Positions 43,302 through 52,787 of a stretch of DNA of 64,000 nucleotides are shown piece by piece (the stretch's first letter is position 1; the number at the start of each line of letters is the position of its first letter). Origin of the DNA: an uncultured Acidobacteriota bacterium (lineage in GTDB: Bacteria; Acidobacteriota; Thermoanaerobaculia; Gp7-AA8); assembly GCA_963822445.1 (NCBI GenBank), contig CAWGHO010000001.1, positions 928,001 to 992,000 on the forward strand. The letters run 5' to 3'. Position numbers and translations under genes: made by a program. The notes beneath the pieces were generated by a model, which saw only the letters and a list, made by a program, of their open reading frames with translations, searched no databases and was not told the DNA's origin.

Positions 43302-44399
43302 CTAATGCACGAACTTCCGCCGGTTCCGGATGTAGTCCGCCAGGATGTACTCCCCCAGCCGGTCCGCCGAGGCGTAGAACGCCCGGCCGCGATTGATCTT
43401 CGAGAGCTGGTCGACGAAGTTCACCAGCATCGGATCGGTGGCCAGCATGAACGTCGTGATCGGAATTCCCTGACGGCGGCAGCGATCGGCCTCTTCGAGG
43501 GTGCGGTTCACGATCTTCATGTCCAGCCCGAACGAGTTCGTGTAGAGGCGGCCGTTCTCGGTCAGGGCCGAGGGCTTGCCGTCGGTGATCATGAAGATCT
43601 GTTTGTTGTTGTGTTTGCGCCGCCGGAGGATCCGCTGGGCGAGCTCGAGGCCGGCCTTCGTGTTCGTGTGATACGGCCCGACCTGCACGTAAGCGATCTC
43701 CGAGATCGGCACTTCCCTCGCCTCGTCCCCGAAGAGCAGCACGTCGATGGCGTCCTTCGGATACTTGGTCAGGATCAGTTCCGTCAGCGCGAGCGCGACC
43801 TTCTTCGCCGGCGTGATGCGATCCTCGCCGTAGAGGATCATCGAGTGGGAGATGTCGATCATCACCACCGTCGCGCAGCTCGAGGCGTGCTCGGTCTCGA
43901 AGACTTCCAGATCGTCCGCGGCGATGGTGATCGGATCCGCGGGGTCGTTGTGCTTCATCGCGTTCTGAATCGAGCGGATGGAGTCGATCGACATCGGATC
44001 GTCGCCGAACTGATAGGGCCGCGTCTCGGTGAGCCGTTCCGTTCCCTGCCCCGCCGTCGGCACGGAGTGCGATCCGCTCATCGACCGGTGCAACCCGCCG
44101 AAAATCTCGTCGAGAGCATCGCGGCGGATCTGCCGCTCCCCGCCCGCGGTCAGTGACAGATTGCCTTCATGATCGGCGGTGATGACGTTCTCAGCCATGA
44201 GCTGCGCGAAGAACTGATCGAGGTCGATGTTCTCGTCGAGATACCCGCGCTGCTGCAGCATGCGCATCCAGCGCATCGCCTCATCGACATCGCCACCGCT
44301 CTGCAGCAGAAGGTGATTGAAGAGCCGCCGCAGGCCCATCTCGGAAAGCAACTGGCGGATGAGATCCGGATCTAAGTGCGAGTACCGAGTTCGAGGCAT
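43302..44399 (-). CDS. vWA domain protein
   Basis: MIDAS DISHS, TNT and ITDG. Confidence 0.88.
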   Translation of the reverse strand: MPRTRYSHLDPDLIRQLLSEMGLRRLFNHLLLQSGGDVDEAMRWMRMLQQRGYLDENIDLDQFFAQLMAENVITADHEGNLSLTAGGERQIRRDALDEIFGGLHRSMSGSHSVPTAGQGTERLTETRPYQFGDDPMSIDSIRSIQNAMKHNDPADPITIAADDLEVFETEHASSCATVVMIDISHSMILYGEDRITPAKKVALALTELILTKYPKDAIDVLLFGDEAREVPISEIAYVQVGPYHTNTKAGLELAQRILRRRKHNNKQIFMITDGKPSALTENGRLYTNSFGLDMKIVNRTLEEADRCRRQGIPITTFMLATDPMLVNFVDQLSKINRGRAFYASADRLGEYILADYIRNRRKFVH

Positions 44400-44411
44400 G
44401 AGACGAAAGAT

Positions 44412-44493
44412 ATGAGTGATGAGTAATGAGGGATGAGTGATGAGGTATGAGTTCTGAAAACTCATACCTCATCACTCATTACTCATACCTCAT
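44412..44493. repeat. Heptamer-repeat hairpin (ATGAGNN)n
   Basis: Six ATGAGNN units facing five NNCTCAT units. Confidence 0.8.
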
Positions 44494-44924
44494 GCCTCGC
44501 CTCTAGGCTTCATCTTCTGCAGTTTCTCGATCCAGCGGGCGATGGTGGGATTATTGGGCAGTTTCTCGTGGGCTTCCTCGAGCGCCAGTAGCGCGTCGCC
44601 TTCGCGGCCGAGCACCAGCAGAATCTGCACGCGCAACTCGACCAGCGACTGGTAGAGCGCGAAGTCGGTCATGTTGTGATTCGCCAGCAGCGACAGTGCG
44701 CGGGTCGTGAACTTCAGCGCCACCTCGGGTTTCGAATCGTTCAGCGCATCCGCGGCGAAGCGGTGCAGCATGCGGGGCGAGTCGCCGAGGAACGACTTCG
44801 CGTCGACGAACTGCAGGAGTGCTTCGCGAACCACTGACTCGTGATCGGGAAACCATCCATCGCGGATGATCCGGTCGATCTGGCGGGACAGTTCGTTGGG
44901 AATCTCGGCCGTCAACTTCGGCAT
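44490..44924 (-). CDS. Ribbon-helix-helix (CopG-like) plus TPR-like protein
   Basis: MPKLTAEIPNELSRQIDRII...SVVREAL followed by helical repeats. Confidence 0.6.
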   Translation of the reverse strand: MPKLTAEIPNELSRQIDRIIRDGWFPDHESVVREALLQFVDAKSFLGDSPRMLHRFAADALNDSKPEVALKFTTRALSLLANHNMTDFALYQSLVELRVQILLVLGREGDALLALEEAHEKLPNNPTIARWIEKLQKMKPRGEA

Positions 44925-44975
44925 GGACCGCGATTGTAAGTCCCAAAGTCGCGGAGCGCGCCTCCGGCGCGTCGG

Positions 44976-45003
44976 AAAGCGGCGGCAGAGCCGCCGCACT
45001 CCA
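44976..45003. repeat. Single REP-like palindrome
   Basis: AAAGCGGCGGCAGAGCCGCCGCACTCCA hairpin directly after the AAA+ stop. Confidence 0.5.
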
Positions 45004-46599
45004 TCACACCGTCCGCAGCACGTTGAACTTCATCAGCTCGTGGAACGTGATCGTCGAATCCAGGTCCTCGCGCGCGAGCCGCAGGGCCTGATGCAATCCC
45101 TCCAGCACGAGCTCCATCCAGAACGCCACTTCCTCGTCGCGTGACGCACCGGAATGCTTCCGCGCAACGTCGGCGAGCTGGGGAACGCGCTTCAATTCGC
45201 CGAAGAACTCGGCGAAGGGCTGTTCATCGGAGAGGGTGATCTTGTTCCCGTCTGCGAACCAGCCGAGGATCGCGTCGTAGGCCGGTTCGTGCGGCGCGGT
45301 CGGCTTCGGCTCCTCGCGCGGCGGCTCTTTCTTCTTCGTCCGGCGGCTGGCGAACGCGTCGTCGAGATCATCGTGGTCGATCTCGATCTGCCCGTACCCA
45401 GGGCCGCGACGCTCGCGCGCCGCGCGCTCGCCGATGCCGGCGCGCTCGATCGGCGGGAACTTCGTCGCGAACAACTTGCCGACGGCCATGCCCACCAGCT
45501 TCCGGGCCACGACCTCCGCGCCCTGCTGCTCGCCTTCGTAAACCATCTCCACCTTGCCGGTGATCGCCGGCAACACCATCGAGAGATCGGAAAGCCGCGG
45601 AAAGACGAAGCGATCGCCGGTCATCGCCGCGCGGCGCTCCAGATTCGAATGCAGCAACTCCATGGCCGCGATGGTCAGCCGCGCGGACACGCCGGACGAC
45701 TGATCGACGAGATCCGATTCGCGCGCGACGAACGCCACCGACTCCACGAGGTCGCTCACGTACGCGGGAACTTCGATCTGCGCACCGTTTTCGCGTTCGA
45801 GCCACGCTTCCTGCTCGGTAATTCGCCGCGCGGTCTCGACCGACTGCGGGTAGTGCGTGAGGATCTGCGAATCGATGCGGTCCTTGAGCGGGGTGATGAT
45901 GTTCCCGCGGCTCGTGTAGTCCTCGGGATTCGCGCTGAACACGAGCACGACGTCCATCGGAATGCGGATCGGAAAGCCGCGGATCTGCAGGTCGCGCTCT
46001 TCGAGGATATTCAGCAGCGCCACCTGAATGCGCGGCGCGAGATCGGGCAGCTCGTTGATCGCGAAAATGCCGCGATTCGTGCGCGGGATGATGCCGTAGT
46101 GGATCACTTCCTCGTCGGCGTACGTCAGGCGCTGGTTCGCGGCCTTGATCGGATCGATGTCGCCGATGAGATCCGCGACAGTGACGTCCGGCGTCGCCAG
46201 CTTCTCGCGGTAGCGCTGATCGCGCTCGAGCCAGGAGACGTGCAGGTCCTCGCCCATTTCCGCGGCGAGGCGGCGGCACCGTTTGCAGGTCGGCTCGAAC
46301 GGTGAGTCGTTGATCTCGCATCCTTCGATGATCGGCACGCGCTCGTCGAGCAGCGCCGTCAGCGAGCGCAGGATGCGCGTCTTGGCCTGACCGCGCAGGC
46401 CGAGCAGGATGATGTCGTGCCGGGAGAGCACAGCGTTGTGAATCGCAGGAATGACCGTCCGCTCGTAACCGTGGATTCCGGGGAAGGTGGTCTCCCCTTT
46501 TGCGATCTTCCGGAGCAGGTTCGAGCGCATCTCGTCCTTGACGGAACGGACGCGCGTGGCCGACGCGCGCAGCTCGCCGAGGGTGTGAATCGCCGTCAT
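45004..46599 (-). CDS. Mg-chelatase ChlI/MoxR-like AAA+ ATPase
   Basis: GLRGQAKT, INELPDL, SANPEDY and LKDR. Confidence 0.88.
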   Translation of the reverse strand: MTAIHTLGELRASATRVRSVKDEMRSNLLRKIAKGETTFPGIHGYERTVIPAIHNAVLSRHDIILLGLRGQAKTRILRSLTALLDERVPIIEGCEINDSPFEPTCKRCRRLAAEMGEDLHVSWLERDQRYREKLATPDVTVADLIGDIDPIKAANQRLTYADEEVIHYGIIPRTNRGIFAINELPDLAPRIQVALLNILEERDLQIRGFPIRIPMDVVLVFSANPEDYTSRGNIITPLKDRIDSQILTHYPQSVETARRITEQEAWLERENGAQIEVPAYVSDLVESVAFVARESDLVDQSSGVSARLTIAAMELLHSNLERRAAMTGDRFVFPRLSDLSMVLPAITGKVEMVYEGEQQGAEVVARKLVGMAVGKLFATKFPPIERAGIGERAARERRGPGYGQIEIDHDDLDDAFASRRTKKKEPPREEPKPTAPHEPAYDAILGWFADGNKITLSDEQPFAEFFGELKRVPQLADVARKHSGASRDEEVAFWMELVLEGLHQALRLAREDLDSTITFHELMKFNVLRTV

Positions 46600-47177
46600 G
46601 CGGGCGAGGGTAGCACGTCGTCTTTGTTGTATTGATTCATCGCGCGCTTGAGATCGTCGCGGCAGAAAAGGACCAGCGCATCGACCGCTTTGGCGATGGC
46701 CTGATCGATGGCCGGCTGCTCGTCCGGCGTGAACTCGTCGAGCACGTAATCGCGCAGGTTTCCCTCACCCGCCGAGCCGATTCCGACGCGCAGCCTCGGA
46801 AAGTTCTCGCTCTGCAGCTCGCTGATGATCGAGCGCATGCCGTTGTGCGTTCCTGCTGACCCGTTCGGCCGGATGCGCAGCCGCGCCAGCGGCAGATCGA
46901 TGTCGTCGTAAACCACCATCAGGTCCTGCGTCGACTCGAGATACGCGTTGACCAGCAGCCGCACCGAGTCACCGGAAAGGTTCATGTAAGTCAGGGGCTT
47001 GCCCACCATCACGCTGCCGCCGGCCACCCGCCCTGTCCCGGTCATGGCGCTCTTCTCGTGGCGCGACAGCTCGATGCGGAACTTCTTGGCAAAGGCGTCG
47101 ATGACCTGCCATCCGACGTTGTGCCGCGTTCGCTCGTACTCGGCGCCCGGATTGCCCAGGCCGACGATCAATTTCAT
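46596..47177 (-). CDS. pth: Peptidyl-tRNA hydrolase
   Basis: GLGNPG, TRHNVG, KPLTYMNLSG and GTHNG. Confidence 0.96.
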   Translation of the reverse strand: MKLIVGLGNPGAEYERTRHNVGWQVIDAFAKKFRIELSRHEKSAMTGTGRVAGGSVMVGKPLTYMNLSGDSVRLLVNAYLESTQDLMVVYDDIDLPLARLRIRPNGSAGTHNGMRSIISELQSENFPRLRVGIGSAGEGNLRDYVLDEFTPDEQPAIDQAIAKAVDALVLFCRDDLKRAMNQYNKDDVLPSPA

Positions 47178-47236
47178 GCGCGCGGAGGGTACAACGGGTA
47201 GGGATCTGCGTCGCGCCCGACTCTCCTTTTTCGATC

Positions 47237-48994
47237 ATGAGACGAATCAGCGCCGCCCTTGCACTTCTCTTCTGCCTGTCCGCCGTTGCCGCGCCGCCGA
47301 AACATCTCCCGCAGAACTGGTCGGCCATCGACTGGGACTGGTTCTACACGACGCCGCAGGGATCGAAGCTGATCCCGTACGGATGGGCGCTCGCGCTCGA
47401 GGAGGCCGGCAATGACAAGCTGTTCCTCGCCGACGGCCTGGCGCGTCTCGGCTATCTGCCGAACGCGAAGAGCTCGGACAATCCCGACGGCCTGCCGGTC
47501 GGCTTCGTCCGAGATCCCGCCCACGCCGGCGATCACCTCGGCATGACCTGCGCCGCCTGCCACACGAGCCAGCTCAACTACAAAGGCACGATCTACCAAG
47601 TCGATGGCGCGCCGACGGACGCCGATCTGTTCGGACTGCTCGCGGAGATGTCCGAGTCGTTGCAGGCGACGACGGTCAGTGCGTCCGATCCGAAGTTCCT
47701 CCGCTTCGCCGGCCGCGTCCTCGGAACGAAAAACAGCGCCGCGCGGCGTGCCGACCTCTATTCGAAGGTGAAGGCGTTCTCGCGTTACTTCGCGGACTTC
47801 GTCGCGGCCACGTCCTCACCCACGCAATGGGGTCCGGCGCGCGCTGACGCGTTCGGCGCGATCTTCAACCGCGTCACCGCCATCGACCTGAACATCCCCG
47901 CGAACAACCGCCCACCGAACGCACCGGTCAGTTACCCGTTCCTCTGGGACACGTCGTGGCACAACGTCGTGCAGTGGAACGGCTCCGCGCCGAACACGCA
48001 CGCCGTGCTCCGGCTCGCCCGCAACGTCGGCGAAGTCCTCGGCGTCTTCGCCGAGATCGACATCCGCAAGCCCAAACCGCTGCACTGGTTCTACGCGTCG
48101 AGCGCGAATCGCATCAATCTTCTGGAGATCGAGGACCGCCTCGCCAACCTCCGCGCGCCGAAATGGACGGACACGATCTTTCCGCCGATCGACTCCGCCA
48201 AAGCCGCGCGCGGCCAGCAGATCTACACGCAGCAATGCTTGAGCTGCCACGCCATCGCCACGCCCGGAGTCCATCAGGACGTGGTGATGACACCGCTCGC
48301 GACCGCGGGGACCGACCCGGAGATGGCGACCGTCGCCGCCACGCGAACGGCGAAAACCGGCGTGCTGGAAGGCGTCCCGTCGATGGTCCTCCTCGGCCCG
48401 AAGCTCGGCGCGACCGAGCCGGCCGGCACGATCACGTTCAACGCCGTGGTCGGCGCGATTCTCTCGCCCATCCCCAGCGATTGGTTCAAGGGATCGCCCG
48501 GCACGGCGTCCACGAAAACGGCGAAAGCCTCGTCGGCAACGCGAACCGGCGAAGGATCGGAGCACGACCTGCGACTCGATCTGCTGTCGGCCATTCATCA
48601 GAAGTCCTCGAAGGCCAAGCCCGCGAATCACGATGCGCCCGAGGATCCGGTGAAGGACGACCTCGAGGATGCGGTCGCGGCGATGAAGGACCAGGCGGCG
48701 ACGGGGCTGGCCTACAAAGCGCGGCCGCTCGACGGGATCTGGGCAACCGCGCCGTATCTGCACAACGGCTCCGTGCCGACGCTGCACGACCTGCTGTTGC
48801 CGCCCGCGCAACGACCGAAGACGTTCCGCGTGGGCAGCCGCGAGCTCGACCCGGTCAAAGTCGGCTTCGACAACGCGGGCCGGTTCCTGTTCGACACCAG
48901 TCTGGTCGCGAACAGCAATGGCGGACACGACTGGGGAACGGTGTTGCCGGCGAGCGATCGGGAGGCGCTCATCGAATATCTGAAATCGCTTTAA
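47237..48994 (+). CDS. Secreted di-heme cytochrome c (RoxA/peroxidase-like)
   Basis: CAACH and CLSCH; YKARPLDGIWATAPYLHNGSVP; SNGGH. Confidence 0.85.
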   Translation: MRRISAALALLFCLSAVAAPPKHLPQNWSAIDWDWFYTTPQGSKLIPYGWALALEEAGNDKLFLADGLARLGYLPNAKSSDNPDGLPVGFVRDPAHAGDHLGMTCAACHTSQLNYKGTIYQVDGAPTDADLFGLLAEMSESLQATTVSASDPKFLRFAGRVLGTKNSAARRADLYSKVKAFSRYFADFVAATSSPTQWGPARADAFGAIFNRVTAIDLNIPANNRPPNAPVSYPFLWDTSWHNVVQWNGSAPNTHAVLRLARNVGEVLGVFAEIDIRKPKPLHWFYASSANRINLLEIEDRLANLRAPKWTDTIFPPIDSAKAARGQQIYTQQCLSCHAIATPGVHQDVVMTPLATAGTDPEMATVAATRTAKTGVLEGVPSMVLLGPKLGATEPAGTITFNAVVGAILSPIPSDWFKGSPGTASTKTAKASSATRTGEGSEHDLRLDLLSAIHQKSSKAKPANHDAPEDPVKDDLEDAVAAMKDQAATGLAYKARPLDGIWATAPYLHNGSVPTLHDLLLPPAQRPKTFRVGSRELDPVKVGFDNAGRFLFDTSLVANSNGGHDWGTVLPASDREALIEYLKSL

Positions 48995-49006
48995 CATGGC
49001 GGCCCC

Positions 49007-50131
49007 ATGGAGAAGCGGGAGCGGATCGTCGTCATCGACGACAGCGCGAATGATTTGCAGGTGACCCGGCGCTTTCTCGAGCGCCGCGGATACGACGCCG
49101 TGCCCGCACTTTCCGGCGAGGAAGGCCTTCGCCTGGCCCGGCAGGTCCTTCCGGACGCGTTCGTCATCGACTACCGGATGCCGGCGATGGATGGGTTCGA
49201 AGTCACCCGCCAGGTCAAAGCCGATCCCGAGCTCCAGACCATCCCCGTGCTCATGCTCACGGGCGCCGACGCGCCGCAGACGATCGTCGACGGCCTCAGC
49301 GCGGGCGCCGACGACTACGTCACCAAAGGTTCCGATACGGAAGTGCTCGTCGCGCGATTGCGCGCGCTGCTCCGGGTCAAGGCCTATCAGGATCAGCTGC
49401 GGCGGATGAACCAGCAGATGACCCGCGATCTGCAGATCGCGCGGCGCGTGCAGGAGGCGCTCGTTCCGCAGCGCACGTTCCGCTCGCAGAACATCGAGAT
49501 CCGCTCGGCCTACATCCCCAGCGAAGTGCTCAGCGGCGATTTCTACGACTACTTTCTGCAGGACAACCTGATGTACCTGTTCGTGGCCGACGTCTCCGGC
49601 CACGGCCTGCCCGCGGCGATTCTCGTGTCGCTGCTGAAGAGCTACATCCACACCGAGGCGACGCCGGATGGGTCGCTGGCGGAGTTCATGACCCGGCTTA
49701 ACGACTTCCTGTTCAGCGTGAGCCTGCCCACGCAGTTCGCGACCGCGGCGCTGTTCCGGATGAACGAGCAGCGCCAGATCGTCTACTCGAACGCCGCCCA
49801 CCCGCCGTTCCTGCTCTACGAGCGCAAGCGGAAACGCACCACCGTTTACGAGCAGCCCAGCAATCTCCTCGGCGCGATGCCGAACATGGCTTTCGAGGAG
49901 CACAGCCTCACCGTCGCGCCCGGCGACACGCTCTTCGTCTACACCGACGGGCTCACCGACCGGCGGAACGCGGAGGGCGACTTCTACTCGATCGACCGCG
50001 TCGCGGCGATGCTCGAGCGCGACACGGACCTCGCCGAAACGTACGACGCGATCTTCGCCGACGTGCAGGGCTTCGCCGCCTCGGAAGAATTCAAGGACGA
50101 CATTGCGTTCGTGGTGACGCGGTTCCACTGA
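49007..50131 (+). CDS. Response regulator-PP2C phosphatase (RsbU/SpoIIE type)
   Basis: REC domain (IDD, DYRMP) plus GDFYD, ADVSGHG, YTDG and DD. Confidence 0.92.
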   Translation: MEKRERIVVIDDSANDLQVTRRFLERRGYDAVPALSGEEGLRLARQVLPDAFVIDYRMPAMDGFEVTRQVKADPELQTIPVLMLTGADAPQTIVDGLSAGADDYVTKGSDTEVLVARLRALLRVKAYQDQLRRMNQQMTRDLQIARRVQEALVPQRTFRSQNIEIRSAYIPSEVLSGDFYDYFLQDNLMYLFVADVSGHGLPAAILVSLLKSYIHTEATPDGSLAEFMTRLNDFLFSVSLPTQFATAALFRMNEQRQIVYSNAAHPPFLLYERKRKRTTVYEQPSNLLGAMPNMAFEEHSLTVAPGDTLFVYTDGLTDRRNAEGDFYSIDRVAAMLERDTDLAETYDAIFADVQGFAASEEFKDDIAFVVTRFH

Positions 50132-50138
50132 ACGCAAG

Positions 50139-51155
50139 ATGAAGAAAATCCTGGCCCTTCTCCTCCTCGCGGCTACCAGCGCGCTCGCAAACGGCCGCCG
50201 GGAGCCGTTCCCCGACGACTACACGCCGCATCCCTGTGCGCCGGCGGCGACCTGCCAGACCATCCCGCAGTCGCAGTTCGTCGACATGGCCGCGCTCGCC
50301 AAAGGCTTCGCCATCGACAACGACTGGCTGGACGAGAACTGGAACCGGATGATCGAGCTCACCAAGCCGGTCTGCGGGAAGCTGGGGACCTGTCTGGCGA
50401 CGCCGGGCAACCTCTCCGTCTTCTGCATGGATCTCATCTGGCCGGAGATCATCGCCACGTGCGACCGTTTCGAGAAAGGCACTCAGGACTTCGACCAGTG
50501 CTCGATGTTCATGCGCACGTTCGCGATCGGCGCCGATCTTCGCGACAAGAAACCGTGGCAGGAAGCGCAGGCCTGCGCCGCGAAAACGCCGCGAACCGGC
50601 GAGCGCACGATGGAGGCCTGGATCGAGCCGGCCGATTTCTCGACGTACGACGGTTCGTTCCGGGTGTACGCGATCGATACCGAGACGCACGTGCCGGTGA
50701 TGGCGCTCGTGTCCATCCCTGACACGACCCTTCGCGCCGGCGCGCCCGGTGGCAAGCCGTACATCGGTTACGACATCAAGTGGAAGCCGAAGTTCCTCCG
50801 CGTCCCGAACGCGGACGGCCACACCGATCTCGCCGCGCCGAAGATCACTGTCACCGCTGAAAACTACGCGCCAGTGACGCTCGACATACCTATGAAGCCG
50901 GGCCAAGTGATCGTGGAGATGAATCCGCCTGTCTCGCAGCTCACCCGTGGCAAGAACACGATCACCGTGACCGCGCGCGACGCCGCGACGAACAAGCCCG
51001 TCGAGCTCCGCGTCCTCGCAGGAGAGACGATCCTCGGCGACACGAACAAGCCGCTGGAGATCGAGCTCAAGAAGGGGCAGAAGCGGCCGGAGATCTGGGC
51101 GACGTCTCTGTTCAACGTGTACAGCGACGTGGTCGTCGCACCGGCTGAAAAGTAA
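50139..51155 (+). CDS. Secreted hypothetical protein with Cys-rich N-terminal domain
   Basis: Signal peptide; 8 Cys in the N-terminal half; beta-rich C-terminal half. Confidence 0.7.
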   Translation: MKKILALLLLAATSALANGRREPFPDDYTPHPCAPAATCQTIPQSQFVDMAALAKGFAIDNDWLDENWNRMIELTKPVCGKLGTCLATPGNLSVFCMDLIWPEIIATCDRFEKGTQDFDQCSMFMRTFAIGADLRDKKPWQEAQACAAKTPRTGERTMEAWIEPADFSTYDGSFRVYAIDTETHVPVMALVSIPDTTLRAGAPGGKPYIGYDIKWKPKFLRVPNADGHTDLAAPKITVTAENYAPVTLDIPMKPGQVIVEMNPPVSQLTRGKNTITVTARDAATNKPVELRVLAGETILGDTNKPLEIELKKGQKRPEIWATSLFNVYSDVVVAPAEK

Positions 51156-51216
51156 TGAGGTATGAGGTATGAGTAATGAGTAGAGCGCTTCTACTCATAC
51201 CTCATCACTCATCACT
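51155..51216. repeat. Heptamer-repeat hairpin (ATGAGNN)n between convergent genes
   Basis: ATGAGGT ATGAGGT ATGAGTA ATGAGTA ... TACTCAT ACCTCAT CACTCAT. Confidence 0.8.
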
Positions 51217-51624
51217 TTCGAGCAGTTCTTCGAGATCGCGCTCCGCGAAAAGCTCGTCCGTGATTCCGGCATGCTTCTCCGTGCCGTAGTACCACGCGGC
51301 CTTGATCTCCGGTGACTCCGGAAACCCGCCGTCGTAAACCGAACACTCCAGCGATCGCAATCGTCCGCTGTACACGTTGAGCGCGGTGTCGACCGGCGTC
51401 TTCGCACCTTCGAGCTCGACCTGCAGGTCGTCGAGATGCATCAGCTTCCGATCGATCGCCTCCGCGGACGCGGGGACGTCGAAACGCGTGACGAAGCCGG
51501 TAGGTGTGATCTCGCGATCGCGAACCGTCGCCACTTCGTACTGCGCGCGCAGGGTCTCCAGAAGCGGGTCGTCGCCCGCGAGGAGCGCCTGCATCACGGC
51601 CCGTTCGAATTGTTCGAGAGTCAC
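51205..51624 (-). CDS. Hypothetical acidic protein
   Basis: GTG start overlaps upstream stop; codon usage typical of the window. Confidence 0.65.
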   Translation of the reverse strand: MTLEQFERAVMQALLAGDDPLLETLRAQYEVATVRDREITPTGFVTRFDVPASAEAIDRKLMHLDDLQVELEGAKTPVDTALNVYSGRLRSLECSVYDGGFPESPEIKAAWYYGTEKHAGITDELFAERDLEELLESDE

Positions 51625-52712
51625 TAGGCGATTCGCTGGAGCAGCTCGACGGCTTGCGGCTTCTTGTCGTAGCGGACGTCGGTCGCGGCGATCTTCTCCA
51701 GATACTTCCGCGCGTCGGCCGAGGCGTCGCGGCGCAGGTGGCAGCGCGCGATCCAGAACCAGGTGTCGACCACGTACTCGTTCTCGCTGAAGCGGTGCGT
51801 CTGCACGGCCTTTTCGAACGAGGCCACGGCGTCGTCGTACTTTTCCTGCGCGTAGTAAATGCGGCCGAGGTGGGAGAGCGCGTCGAAGAAATCGAACGAA
51901 GTCTGATCGACGCTGCCGATCACGCGGCGGTAAAAGCCCTCCGCTTCCGGATACGCGCGGCGATCGAAGTGAATCGCGCCGCAGAACAGCAACGCGTTCC
52001 GGAAGAAGTAGGAGTTGAAGAAGGGCTTGTTCTCGTCGAAGAGCGCCAGGGCCTCGCCGAAGAGGTGCAGGGCCTCGTCGTAATCCTGAAGCGCGTACGA
52101 GTTCAGCGCCTTGAGCGCCAGCGCCTGCGCGGTCACGTTGTCGTTCGGCGAGTAGCGCATCGACTGGTCGTGCAGGTCTTTGGCCTTCGCGAAGTCGCGC
52201 TCTTCGTGTGAGAGGTGGCCGAGGATCACGTACGACTTATACTTGATGTCGTTCGCTTCGTCCGACTCCTCGGAAGCACACGCCGCGCTGAACCCCTCGC
52301 GCGCGCGACCGAGATCGCCGGCATACAGCGCCGCGACGGCGCGGTAGTACGTCGCTTCGAGCGTGGTGAGCACCGAGCTTTTCTCGCGGCTCATGTCGTC
52401 GATGAACTTCGTCACCAGCTGCGCGAGCAGGCGATTCTCCGAGCTCGGGTCGACGATGAAGTTCTGCAGGTAGACGAGCCGGTTCTCGAGGATGCGCATC
52501 ATCTCCAGCATGATGGTGATGCGCTCCTGGTCCGCGGGCGCGTCCTTGAACATCGACGCAAGCTGGCGCTGGAGCGTCTGGTACTTGCCGTCGTATTCGT
52601 GGAGGGAGCCGTCAGAGAGGTCGCCGGGCTCGTTCTGGAGTTTCGTTTCAACAGCGACACGCTCATCGACGATCTGTCGGAGGCGCGTCGCGAGATCTGT
52701 GCGGTCTGCCAT
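51624..52712 (-). CDS. TPR repeat protein
   Basis: Multiple TPR-like units (YYRAVAALYAGDL, LGHLSHEERDF, LGRIYYAQEKY, WFWIARC). Confidence 0.8.
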   Translation of the reverse strand: MADRTDLATRLRQIVDERVAVETKLQNEPGDLSDGSLHEYDGKYQTLQRQLASMFKDAPADQERITIMLEMMRILENRLVYLQNFIVDPSSENRLLAQLVTKFIDDMSREKSSVLTTLEATYYRAVAALYAGDLGRAREGFSAACASEESDEANDIKYKSYVILGHLSHEERDFAKAKDLHDQSMRYSPNDNVTAQALALKALNSYALQDYDEALHLFGEALALFDENKPFFNSYFFRNALLFCGAIHFDRRAYPEAEGFYRRVIGSVDQTSFDFFDALSHLGRIYYAQEKYDDAVASFEKAVQTHRFSENEYVVDTWFWIARCHLRRDASADARKYLEKIAATDVRYDKKPQAVELLQRIA

Positions 52713-52787
52713 GTAATTGCCCGTTCTATCAGGGGTTACAGTCGCCTGCAATGGCCGCGCCGGACTCAACGGTCGATTAATTTGGGG

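Noticed and set aside
44412-44493. Possible CRISPR array (also at 6217, 51155 and 62185)
   Set aside because: Units are 7 bp with no unique spacers, and no cas genes are present.
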